DNA of 27,305 bases from Candidatus Odinarchaeia archaeon (GTDB taxonomy: Archaea; Asgardarchaeota; Odinarchaeia; Odinarchaeales; Odinarchaeaceae), in contig JAHQXC010000009.1 in the NCBI GenBank assembly GCA_029856525.1, positions 1 through 27,305 on the forward strand, in the 5' to 3' direction. Positions 18,073 to 26,062 of the stretch are shown piece after piece. A program made the position numbers and the translations under genes. The stretch's first letter is position 1, and every line of letters starts with the position of its first letter. Under the pieces are notes generated by a model. The model did not search any database. It saw only the letters and a list, made by a program, of their open reading frames with translations, and was not told the origin of the DNA.

Positions 18073-18543
18073 TCACCTCACCAGCCTGTCACACTTCTCA
18101 TAGTCTTCTCTAATCTGCCCGTAGTATGATTCACTGGAAACCCCCCATTCAGAGGGTTCGCTACCAATACGCTTAAGGGTTTTTAAAGCCATAAAATATA
18201 TTGAAGTATCTCCTTTAAGATCAAGTTCAGTTTTATCTTTACAGCTAATTAATCTCTCACCGTACTCTTTAACTATGTCTATAAGCGGGTTAACACTATT
18301 CTCATCGCCAATAGTGTAAAGGATTCTTATAAGTGTAAATTTTAGAAACTTATGTTTAATCGAGGGTAAAATTTTACAGATAGCTTCAGCAGCCGGCTCC
18401 CCCACTCTAGCTAAAGCCATCATCGCTTTACCCGCTATAGTCGGGTTCCTATCAATATTCGCGATTAAATATTCTAACAGGCCTTGTACATCTTTCTTTT
18501 TAATCATCCTAGACATTTTTAAATGAGTTAAAACTCGGAGCAT
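18073..18543 (-). CDS. HEAT/PBS-lyase-like repeat protein
   Basis: KDVQGLLEYL, AMMALARVGEPAAEAI and LYTIGDENSVNPLI repeat signature. Confidence 0.75.
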   Translation of the reverse strand: MLRVLTHLKMSRMIKKKDVQGLLEYLIANIDRNPTIAGKAMMALARVGEPAAEAICKILPSIKHKFLKFTLIRILYTIGDENSVNPLIDIVKEYGERLISCKDKTELDLKGDTSIYFMALKTLKRIGSEPSEWGVSSESYYGQIREDYEKCDRLVR

Positions 18544-18663
18544 AGCATTCCACCGTGAACTTAAATATAATAATCAATTTTTTCATATTCAAAACTCTTC
18601 ATTCACATATTTGTGTTTTTCTAGATAATATTTATATCTGTGACATGCTTTATATGTATTTCA

Positions 18664-18714
18664 ATGCGGGTGGAGGCCTCCCTCCGTTCCGCGTAATAAA
18701 CCCCGGGTGGGAGG
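18664..18714 (+). promoter_or_regulatory. Candidate translational riboswitch (RBS-sequestering pseudoknot) in the leader of the QueT-family gene
   Basis: P1 atgcggg/tccgcgt; loop cctccc is complementary to gggagg (18709-18714) next to the ATG; A-rich linker aataaa; TATA tttatatc at 18631-18638. Confidence 0.5.
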
Positions 18715-18717
18715 ATA

Positions 18718-19236
18718 ATGAATAAAACTCTTATAATTTCTTTAACAGCTGTTTTCTCCGCTCTTTACGCTGTAGGCGTTATTTTACTAGCCCCTATCTC
18801 TTACGGTGAAATACAGGTTAGAGTGATAGACTGCCTGATCCCTTTAACCGCTGTTTTCGGTCTACCTGTTGCGTTAGGGGTAACCGTAGGGAATATAGTT
18901 GCAAACATATTCGGAGGTCTAGGTGTTTTAGATATAGTAGGCGGTTCAATAGCTAATTTAATCGCTTCCTCAGCTGTTTACTATATAACAAATTTGAAAA
19001 AAACCTCTATTAATAGAAGATTAGAGGCTCTTATAATATATTCTTCATCGCTTCTGGCAGCGATTATAATAACTTTAATAGTAGGCTTCTATCTAGCCCT
19101 GATTTTTTCAGTTCCAATCCCTGTGATGATGTTAAGTATTTTCTCAGGCTCTTTTATTTCAATCACACTGCTCGGCGGAACTCTTACAGTTATACTCCGT
19201 AGATCAGCTTTTATTAAAAATATTTTAAGCCGTTAA
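18718..19236 (+). CDS. queT: QueT family (COG4708/DUF988) transporter, ECF S-component type
   Basis: APISYGEIQVRV...GVTVGNIVAN.FG.LG.LD...G pattern; about 5-6 TM segments; substrate not demonstrated. Confidence 0.8.
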   Translation: MNKTLIISLTAVFSALYAVGVILLAPISYGEIQVRVIDCLIPLTAVFGLPVALGVTVGNIVANIFGGLGVLDIVGGSIANLIASSAVYYITNLKKTSINRRLEALIIYSSSLLAAIIITLIVGFYLALIFSVPIPVMMLSIFSGSFISITLLGGTLTVILRRSAFIKNILSR

Positions 19237-19238
19237 AA

Positions 19239-20264
19239 TTAGGATTCAGAATATAATATAACTTTCAAGGATTCATCGCTTGCCGCGGCTATCTTAAAAC
19301 CTTTCTGAGCTTCTCTTAACGGTAGTCTATGCGTTATCATATCTTCCACGTTTATTCTTTTATTTTTAATTAACTGGAGAGCTTTATATAAGTCGCTTGG
19401 AGCTGCAGCGTATGAAACTTTAACTGTGACGTCGTTGCGCCATAGCTTATTTATATCTAAAGGGATCCGTGTATCCGGGGGTGGCACCGCGTAGAATAAT
19501 ATTACGCCTCCTTTATCAACTAATTCGAAAGCCTGCTCCGCCGCCTGCTCTGAACCTGTTGAAACAATCACTCTATCAACTAACTCGCCGTTATTCAACT
19601 CTTTTATTCTCTCGACAGTAGCTTCTTTAGGGGTGATAGCATAATCTGCGCCGAATTTTAAAGCCGCTTTACGCCTAAACTCTCTGTTATTAGTTGCTAT
19701 GATAGTGCCTGCGCCTGTGTACTTTGCTAGTTGAATGTGAAGGATACCTGAAACACCGCAACCCATTACTAGAATAGACTGACCTTTTCTAATATCTATC
19801 AATTCTTGGCCTCTAATAACACATCCTAAAGGCTCTATGAAAACACCTTCATCGTAGCTGACTGAGTCCGGTAGAACGAATACACCTCTATCAACGTTTA
19901 TAGGAGGTATACGAATATACTCCGCGAAGCCTCCTGGATCATAGTTAGTGGTGTGAAGCGTATGGCATGCCGTGTGGTTCCCGTAAAAACAGTATTTACA
20001 TGAATTACAGGGTACATGATGAGATACAAACACTCGCTGCCCTACACTGTATCGGTTAACATTCTCGCCGACTTTAACTATTTCACCCGTCATCTCATGT
20101 CCTAAAACACGTGGAGCTGTTTTTATCCTATACCACTCCATTACATCGCTTCCACATATTCCGCATGAATGCATTTTAACCAGTATTTCATTATCCGAGA
20201 TCTCTGGTATAGGCCTCTGCTCTATTCTCACATCATTATTATTATAATATACAGCTACAAGCAT
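19239..20264 (-). CDS. Zinc-dependent medium-chain dehydrogenase (iditol/threonine dehydrogenase-like)
   Basis: GICGSD, GHE.TG, structural-zinc CNSCKYC...C, EPLGC and G.GVSG. Confidence 0.92.
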   Translation of the reverse strand: MLVAVYYNNNDVRIEQRPIPEISDNEILVKMHSCGICGSDVMEWYRIKTAPRVLGHEMTGEIVKVGENVNRYSVGQRVFVSHHVPCNSCKYCFYGNHTACHTLHTTNYDPGGFAEYIRIPPINVDRGVFVLPDSVSYDEGVFIEPLGCVIRGQELIDIRKGQSILVMGCGVSGILHIQLAKYTGAGTIIATNNREFRRKAALKFGADYAITPKEATVERIKELNNGELVDRVIVSTGSEQAAEQAFELVDKGGVILFYAVPPPDTRIPLDINKLWRNDVTVKVSYAAAPSDLYKALQLIKNKRINVEDMITHRLPLREAQKGFKIAAASDESLKVILYSES

Positions 20265-20295
20265 ACACGGTCAACCTGAAAGATTTGAGGAGAAA

Positions 20296-21078
20296 TTACT
20301 TATTTTTCTCCTCGTTGAATAAGTCGAAAGCTTCATCTGGAGTGTAGCCTTCGTGAACTACAGCTCTAACCGCTTTAATCATAGCTACAGGCGCCTCTGA
20401 CTGGAATATATTCCGCCCCATATCAACTCCGACAGCTCCTGCTTGAATAGCGTTATATGTTAGTGTAAGCGCATCCTTCTCAGGGATTTTCTTACCTCCA
20501 GCTATCACTATTGGTACAGGACAGGATTCAACGACTTTCTCAAATCCTTCACAATAGTATGTTTTCACCATGTGCGCTCCAATCTCAGCGGCTATACGAC
20601 AAGCTAACCCTAAGTATCTGCTATCCCTGGTCATATCTCTACCAACCGCTGTGACAGCTAAAACAGGCATACCAACCCGCTCCCCCTCATCTATTAAACT
20701 AGCTAAGCTTAGAAGGGTCTGTCTCTCATATTGAGCGCCTACGAAAATAGATAAAGCCACTCCTGAAGCGTTAAGCCGTAAAGCATCCTCCATACACGTG
20801 ATTATCCCCTCGTTTGAAAGCTCTGTTAGAATACTTGTCCCACCTGACACGCGTAGAACTATAGGTGTGTTTATAGTAGGATCGATGCAGGTTCTCAAAA
20901 CACCTCTAGTTAGCATAAGGCTGTCAGCGTATGGCGCTAACGGCATAATAGTCTTTCTAGGCTGCTCTAAACCTGTAGTTGGGCCTAAAAAATAGCCGTG
21001 ATCAACAGCTAACATAACAGTTTTACCGGTTTTAGGTTGAATAATACGGGAAAGCCTGTTCTTTAACCCCCAGTCCAT
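20296..21078 (-). CDS. lsrF: LsrF-type thiolase / class I aldolase (DhnA family)
   Basis: [12 protein letters not shown]...[32 protein letters not shown] and [11 protein letters not shown]. Confidence 0.9.
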   Translation of the reverse strand: MDWGLKNRLSRIIQPKTGKTVMLAVDHGYFLGPTTGLEQPRKTIMPLAPYADSLMLTRGVLRTCIDPTINTPIVLRVSGGTSILTELSNEGIITCMEDALRLNASGVALSIFVGAQYERQTLLSLASLIDEGERVGMPVLAVTAVGRDMTRDSRYLGLACRIAAEIGAHMVKTYYCEGFEKVVESCPVPIVIAGGKKIPEKDALTLTYNAIQAGAVGVDMGRNIFQSEAPVAMIKAVRAVVHEGYTPDEAFDLFNEEKNK

Positions 21079-21095
21079 ATTCTATTCCTCCACTT

Positions 21096-21305
21096 CTATT
21101 TTTTTCTTATAATAATATATCCTTTATCTATAAGCCAGTGGTGGAACTGCCATGTAGTATATTTGCAATCAGTTTTACAAATATTTCTAATCTCCTCGTA
21201 TTCTTTAGACCCCTCTTGAAACTGGTTGAGTTTTAATTGAACAGGGCATTTAACATCATTGCAAAACTCTCTTTTCTTATACTCCACGTATCCTTCTAGA
21301 ACCAT
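21096..21305 (-). CDS. Small Cys/His-rich protein (69 aa), first gene of the lsrF operon
   Basis: RBS gaggtgg before ATG 21305; C-x4-C-x22-C-x3-C-x7-HH pattern. Confidence 0.75.
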   Translation of the reverse strand: MVLEGYVEYKKREFCNDVKCPVQLKLNQFQEGSKEYEEIRNICKTDCKYTTWQFHHWLIDKGYIIIRKK

Positions 21306-21602
21306 TAGCTCCACCTCTAAAAAATGAATCGCAATCGAATATTATTTTTAAATAAAAATTGTAAGTTATAAATGTTTGTATGAAAATTACCGTTTTGCTA
21401 TTATTCTAGTTTTCGGCGTATCTAAAAGTTTTCATCACTCTTATCCTCTAGCCTCCAGGTTATCTAAGAAAAATTAATATGCAAAAATTCATAAACCATA
21501 AACACTTTCTAGCTTTTAACTAGTAGCATCGATGCGTTTCATACTAGAAACTGAAATTTCTACGGTAAAAATATTAAGTGATTTTAATCATGGTGTGTTA
21601 AA

Positions 21603-22061
21603 ATGTTGTGTGAAGACTGTCAACGTGTTTTCGAAGCAGCGGATCTTAAAACATGCCCTGTTTGCGGATCTACTAATCTGCAGAATATTAGGAAAATCAC
21701 CTGCCCTGTGTGTGGATTAGAGATGAAACCAGGGTATATTTCTGTTCCGCTTAGAATGGATTGGCGTGATAAATGGGTTAAATCTGGTGAACCGATAATC
21801 ACCGTGACTGATCGCTCATGTGATCGAGGCTGGCTTCGAAGACTATCATATTACTGCGACTCCTGTGGGAGTTTCTTTATCTATAAAGCGGTTAAAAACA
21901 ATGTGAAACAGGAAGCGGGGGCTAAAAAAAGTCTTCTATGTTTGTTATGCCCGGAATGCGGCTCGGAGATCGTTGAGAAAGTTAACTTCTGTCCTTTTTG
22001 CGGATTCAAATTTACATCTGACGATGAGAAAAAGATTAGCAGAGTTAAATTCAGTTTGTAA
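21603..22061 (+). CDS. Multi-zinc-ribbon protein
   Basis: Six CxxC pairs (CEDC, CPVC, CPVC, CDSC, CPEC, CPFC); ggtg RBS 7 nt upstream. Confidence 0.8.
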   Translation: MLCEDCQRVFEAADLKTCPVCGSTNLQNIRKITCPVCGLEMKPGYISVPLRMDWRDKWVKSGEPIITVTDRSCDRGWLRRLSYYCDSCGSFFIYKAVKNNVKQEAGAKKSLLCLLCPECGSEIVEKVNFCPFCGFKFTSDDEKKISRVKFSL

Positions 22062-22093
22062 CGTTAAAATTAAAATCCTAAAATAAGCTATCC

Positions 22094-22474
22094 TTATTTG
22101 TTTTCTAATTCTATAGGCATTTTTTTAATAACTTCAACTGAGCGTTTATACCATTCCTCTAGGTTTTTAAGCATTTTCTCCCTGAATTTTTCAGCTGGAA
22201 TAGCGTTATAATAGTAGACGTAACCTCCTTTAAGGAATACCGTTCTTTTTCTATAAACTAATCCTTTCGCTAGTAGTTGGCCTAGTATTCTTTGAGTTGA
22301 CGGCCTGCTTTTATTAATATTTTCAGCCAGCTCGCTCACCGTCATCGCGCCTTTTTTAAGGATTGTGAGATACGCTTCAAGTTCATATTCTTTAAGTCCG
22401 AGTGTACATGATGCTAAGCAGCTTATATTCAAGTCGGGCATGCTAAGATGCTGGAAGACTTCTTTCATATCCAT
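22094..22474 (-). CDS. TrmB-like HTH transcriptional regulator
   Basis: LGLKEYELEAYLTIL...MTVSELAE...SRPSTQRIL..L..KGLV.R...GGY.Y.Y; CxxxC before the HTH. Confidence 0.82.
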   Translation of the reverse strand: MDMKEVFQHLSMPDLNISCLASCTLGLKEYELEAYLTILKKGAMTVSELAENINKSRPSTQRILGQLLAKGLVYRKRTVFLKGGYVYYYNAIPAEKFREKMLKNLEEWYKRSVEVIKKMPIELENK

Positions 22475-22568
22475 ACTATCACCTGATTATGGTTTTTAAT
22501 CAACCGTGAATAACTATAAATATAGAATTGCATATAAATTTTTTGTTAAAGCCGCATAGGTGGTAAAT

Positions 22569-22976
22569 ATGGCTGAAGATTTAGAATTAGAGAAGTTAAA
22601 ATTAAAGAAAATAAGTGATTTAATAAAAAAATCAAAGGAGGCTGAGAAAGATATGTCTGATACGCCTTTAGAGCTTAATCAATCTAATTTCGATAAGACC
22701 GTTAATGAGAGTAAAATCCCGGTTTTAGTGGATTTCTACGCGACTTGGTGTATGCCATGCAAGATGATGGCGCCTGTGGTAGCTGATCTAGCGCGAAAAT
22801 ATGCTGGGAGACTGATAGTTGGAAAAGTTGACGTTGATCGGAATCCTAAACTGGCTGTTAGATACCAGATTATGAGCGTGCCTACATTTATGATTTTTAA
22901 GAACGGTAAACCGGTGGAGCGAATTCTCGGAGCTGTCGGAAGCAGACTTGAAGAGTTAGTCGCATTACATGTTTAA
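22569..22976 (+). CDS. trxA: Thioredoxin with charged N-terminal extension
   Basis: VLVDFYATWCMPCKMMAP, KVDVD and SVPT; ATG 22569. Confidence 0.93.
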   Translation: MAEDLELEKLKLKKISDLIKKSKEAEKDMSDTPLELNQSNFDKTVNESKIPVLVDFYATWCMPCKMMAPVVADLARKYAGRLIVGKVDVDRNPKLAVRYQIMSVPTFMIFKNGKPVERILGAVGSRLEELVALHV

Positions 22977-23085
22977 CGATACATGGTTATATATTAAGAA
23001 TGCTTCAGTTGAGGCTGTGAACGATTTTATTGTTAGCTATAATATTATAGGCTTTGAGTTATACGGTTTTAACCGGCGTGTCGTG

Positions 23086-24288
23086 TTAAGCTTCCAGCTT
23101 CTTACTTTCTAATATTTTTATACATCTTTCTTCAAGCACTTCAGCCGGTAGATCATATAATCTTAGCACTGAGCGTCTACCACGTCTCCCAGATCCGAGA
23201 CTTATAACAGTGCTTGAAATTATTCCGAGCTCTGTTAAAAATTTAATAAATTCTCTGAAAGCTGACTTAGACTTAGCTTCTATATTATACTCTTCGCAGA
23301 CGGTCTTATAATATTCATAGGCTTCTTCTATAGTAGTTGAAATAACACCTTTATGTTTAAGTCTTTTAGCTACTGCTAGAGCTGAAATCAATTCATGTGT
23401 TTTCAAATCATGGAAGATATCAGCTCTAAACTCTGGGAAAACCTCGTCTTTAGCTTTTCTAACCATCTCCGGTGTGATAACATCTTCGGCGAGATGGTCT
23501 GCTATCTTACCGGCTCTGAAAAGCAGTTCTATAGCGTGCCTGGCGTTCTCTGTTTTAGAAGCTATATCCGCTACCATTTCAAGTACTTCGTCGGATATAA
23601 CCCCCGGTTTGAAAGCTAACCCTGCCCTGTAACGTACTATCTTGAGAAGAGTATCCTTACTGTATCCGGCTAACATCATCTGATCTGTTATTCTACCGCT
23701 TAGTGTATTGTTTAATAGCATTCTCCACTCGTTTAGCCTACTTATTATAATTGTTGAAATACGAGGTGAACCGGGGCTGTAAACTTCATTACTTCTTATA
23801 ATACTCAGTATAGCTTCACCGCCTAGGATATATGCTTCATCTAAGCCGAGTATTAAATGAGCTTCTTCTTTATTTAATCGCTTTAACAGTATACTTAACA
23901 ACTCTTCATCAGAGAACCCTCTGCTTGTTATATTAAACTTAGCTAGAATATTACTTAATACACTGCTTTTCGTCCTAGCGGCGAAGCAGTCTATATACTC
24001 GAAGATAATTTTACGTTCCCGTCTCTTACCGTACTCAACGAGGTTCTCCCCGAAATTTCTTACAAGCGCAGTTTTACCTGATCCAGGGGGGCCTATAACA
24101 GCTATGTTCACAGAATAGCCGCTTTCATCTAAAGTGAGATTCTGGAAATCTAAGATAAGACGTTGAAGCTCAGCTTCTCTACCTGGAAGTTTCTTCGGAA
24201 CATAGCTTGGGGATAACGTATACTCCGCGTTCTTTTTAAACACACTTTTCTTACTGATATACTTCTCGATATCCCAATCTTCTTCCAT
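23086..24288 (-). CDS. cdc6: Cdc6/Orc1 family replication initiator
   Basis: Y.P..LPGRE, Walker A GPPGSGKT, Walker B LDEA, ARHAIELL.RAG.IA and a C-terminal winged helix. Confidence 0.92.
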   Translation of the reverse strand: MEEDWDIEKYISKKSVFKKNAEYTLSPSYVPKKLPGREAELQRLILDFQNLTLDESGYSVNIAVIGPPGSGKTALVRNFGENLVEYGKRRERKIIFEYIDCFAARTKSSVLSNILAKFNITSRGFSDEELLSILLKRLNKEEAHLILGLDEAYILGGEAILSIIRSNEVYSPGSPRISTIIISRLNEWRMLLNNTLSGRITDQMMLAGYSKDTLLKIVRYRAGLAFKPGVISDEVLEMVADIASKTENARHAIELLFRAGKIADHLAEDVITPEMVRKAKDEVFPEFRADIFHDLKTHELISALAVAKRLKHKGVISTTIEEAYEYYKTVCEEYNIEAKSKSAFREFIKFLTELGIISSTVISLGSGRRGRRSVLRLYDLPAEVLEERCIKILESKKLEA

Positions 24289-24300
24289 TAAACCCCACCG

Positions 24301-25545
24301 CTATAGTTTCTCCCATTCTTTGATGCTGGTAAGAGTTTGAACCTTTCTTATTCCTTCTATTTTTTCAAGCTCTGTGACGATTGTTCTATAAGCTTTACCT
24401 AGACTCCTGATTTTAAGCTCAGCTATCAGCTTATTCTCTCCGCTCACAGCTGAAATCCTCGATATCCCCTTAATCTTCATCAATGTTTGCAGGATTGAAC
24501 CGGCGCTTTTCTCTATATATATTAGAAGATAACCTTTAACCTGGGTTGTAGCTATGGTGAATATTCCTACAGTTATCATAAAAGCTCCTGTAAATGTCAG
24601 CATCCCGTATATTCCTGTTAAGTTAATGGTTCCGAAACCTCCTGGTATTAACATATTACCTATCAGGGTGAAAGGGATACCTAGTATAACTGTGAAAGCT
24701 AGTATCGCGTTCACTATACTCATTTTTGCAACAGCTAGCGCTCTAATATATGTTATAGACGCGAAAGTAGCGGCCATCATATCTACTACTATAAGTAGTA
24801 TAAGTAAAGGTGTCAGTGAGAGAATGTAACCTATACCTTGAGGAGTGAATATGAAAGGAGCGAAGATTATAGTTGTGAATACACTGTTTAACGTTAAAAC
24901 CCATAGCCTGATATTTAAAGAGTCGACACGCTCCCCCATGTAAATACGTCTTTTAGCGTTTCGAACAGCTACTGTGAAGACAACACCGCTAATATTATAG
25001 GGTCCTAAAACTATACCGATAGTAAGAGGATTGAAAGCGACGTCGCCGACCGCCATTAGGAAGACGCCTGTCAATATTAGAATAATGCTTTGAACTTCTA
25101 TTATAGTAGGCGCGTCTCTATCGCTCATAGACTCTAAAACTATTAGATACACGATCATTAGTTTAGAGAATGGTAGTATAAGCGCGGGATTAGAGACTGA
25201 AACAAGTTGAAAATATGTGAACGTGGATATCGCGCCTGCTAAAGCTGCGATTACAATCCAAACCAGTAATCCCCCTTTAGGAAGTATAATTCTTCGAAAA
25301 TTCGGGTCAACATATTCTCCTAAGCATCCGCCCCATTTTAATGGGATCATCATAATTACCATTAAAACTATAAGAGAAACAGTTCCTAACCAGAGTGATA
25401 TAAAAGTGAAGGAGAATGCGTCGGGTATAAAATGTGTTAAAAGCAGTTTATCCATTTCAACATAAACAGCTGTTAATATAGCTGATATTAAAGGGAGCAG
25501 TACAATCTTAATTTTCCTAGTTAAGAAAAGCCATGGGTGAATCAT
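24301..25545 (-). CDS. EamA/DMT-like membrane protein fused to a C-terminal Lrp/AsnC (RAM) ligand-binding domain
   Basis: About 10 hydrophobic segments in two halves, then GYLLI...IKGISRISAVSGENKLIAEL...LEKIEGIRKVQT. Confidence 0.75.
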   Translation of the reverse strand: MIHPWLFLTRKIKIVLLPLISAILTAVYVEMDKLLLTHFIPDAFSFTFISLWLGTVSLIVLMVIMMIPLKWGGCLGEYVDPNFRRIILPKGGLLVWIVIAALAGAISTFTYFQLVSVSNPALILPFSKLMIVYLIVLESMSDRDAPTIIEVQSIILILTGVFLMAVGDVAFNPLTIGIVLGPYNISGVVFTVAVRNAKRRIYMGERVDSLNIRLWVLTLNSVFTTIIFAPFIFTPQGIGYILSLTPLLILLIVVDMMAATFASITYIRALAVAKMSIVNAILAFTVILGIPFTLIGNMLIPGGFGTINLTGIYGMLTFTGAFMITVGIFTIATTQVKGYLLIYIEKSAGSILQTLMKIKGISRISAVSGENKLIAELKIRSLGKAYRTIVTELEKIEGIRKVQTLTSIKEWEKL

Positions 25546-25549
25546 TACA

Positions 25550-25807
25550 TCACTCTTGCTCTTCTTCAGCTAATATCTCTTTTTCAACTATGTGAGTGGA
25601 TATATTATTTATTCCTTTAATATTAGAGAGTTTTTCATATGTTAACTCGTATAATTCTTCGAGTGTGTTAACTGACACTGTTAAAACCACGTCCACATGA
25701 CCTGTTACAACAGATATTGATTCTATATAGTTGAGTTTCTTTATCTCTTCAAGTATTTTCTTAGTATCCCCTAAAGTTAGAGTTAACAGAATATACGCTT
25801 TTATCAT
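25550..25807 (-). CDS. Stand-alone Lrp/AsnC ligand-binding (RAM, demi-FFRP) protein
   Basis: MIKAYILL...VVTGHVDVVLTV...L.NIKGI...STHIV; no HTH. Confidence 0.88.
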   Translation of the reverse strand: MIKAYILLTLTLGDTKKILEEIKKLNYIESISVVTGHVDVVLTVSVNTLEELYELTYEKLSNIKGINNISTHIVEKEILAEEEQE

Positions 25808-25881
25808 AGGTAAGCCTCGAATTTTTAAAAATACTAATTTTAAATCTGTATTTTTTATTTTTATAGTTTATAGTTAATGTA

Positions 25882-25944
25882 GGCTGTCAGCGGCTTGAAG
25901 CCTGTAGGCTCCCACTTAACGCGGTGTGTTAAAGCCGTACAGCC
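25882..25944. ncRNA. Candidate compact structured RNA element (multi-helix junction)
   Basis: ggctgt/acagcc, cggctt/aagccg, agcc-tgta-ggct and taac/gtta, in AT-rich intergenic DNA. Confidence 0.4.
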
Positions 25945-26062
25945 ATTCGCTTATAATCGATTATAAAGAAGGGTGCCCAGAAAACCCCTAACTTCAGTTA
26001 GGGGATGAATGGGCAGAAACTTAAATATCCATACGTGCTTAAAAAGTTTTAGGGATGTTCCC

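Noticed and set aside
20296-21078. AI-2 quorum sensing system
   Set aside because: Only lsrF is present; no kinase, isomerase, transporter or LsrR in the window.
22977-23085. Replication origin next to cdc6
   Set aside because: No ORB/mini-ORB (TCCA...GAAA...GGGG) repeats seen; the upstream side is occupied by an operonic gene.
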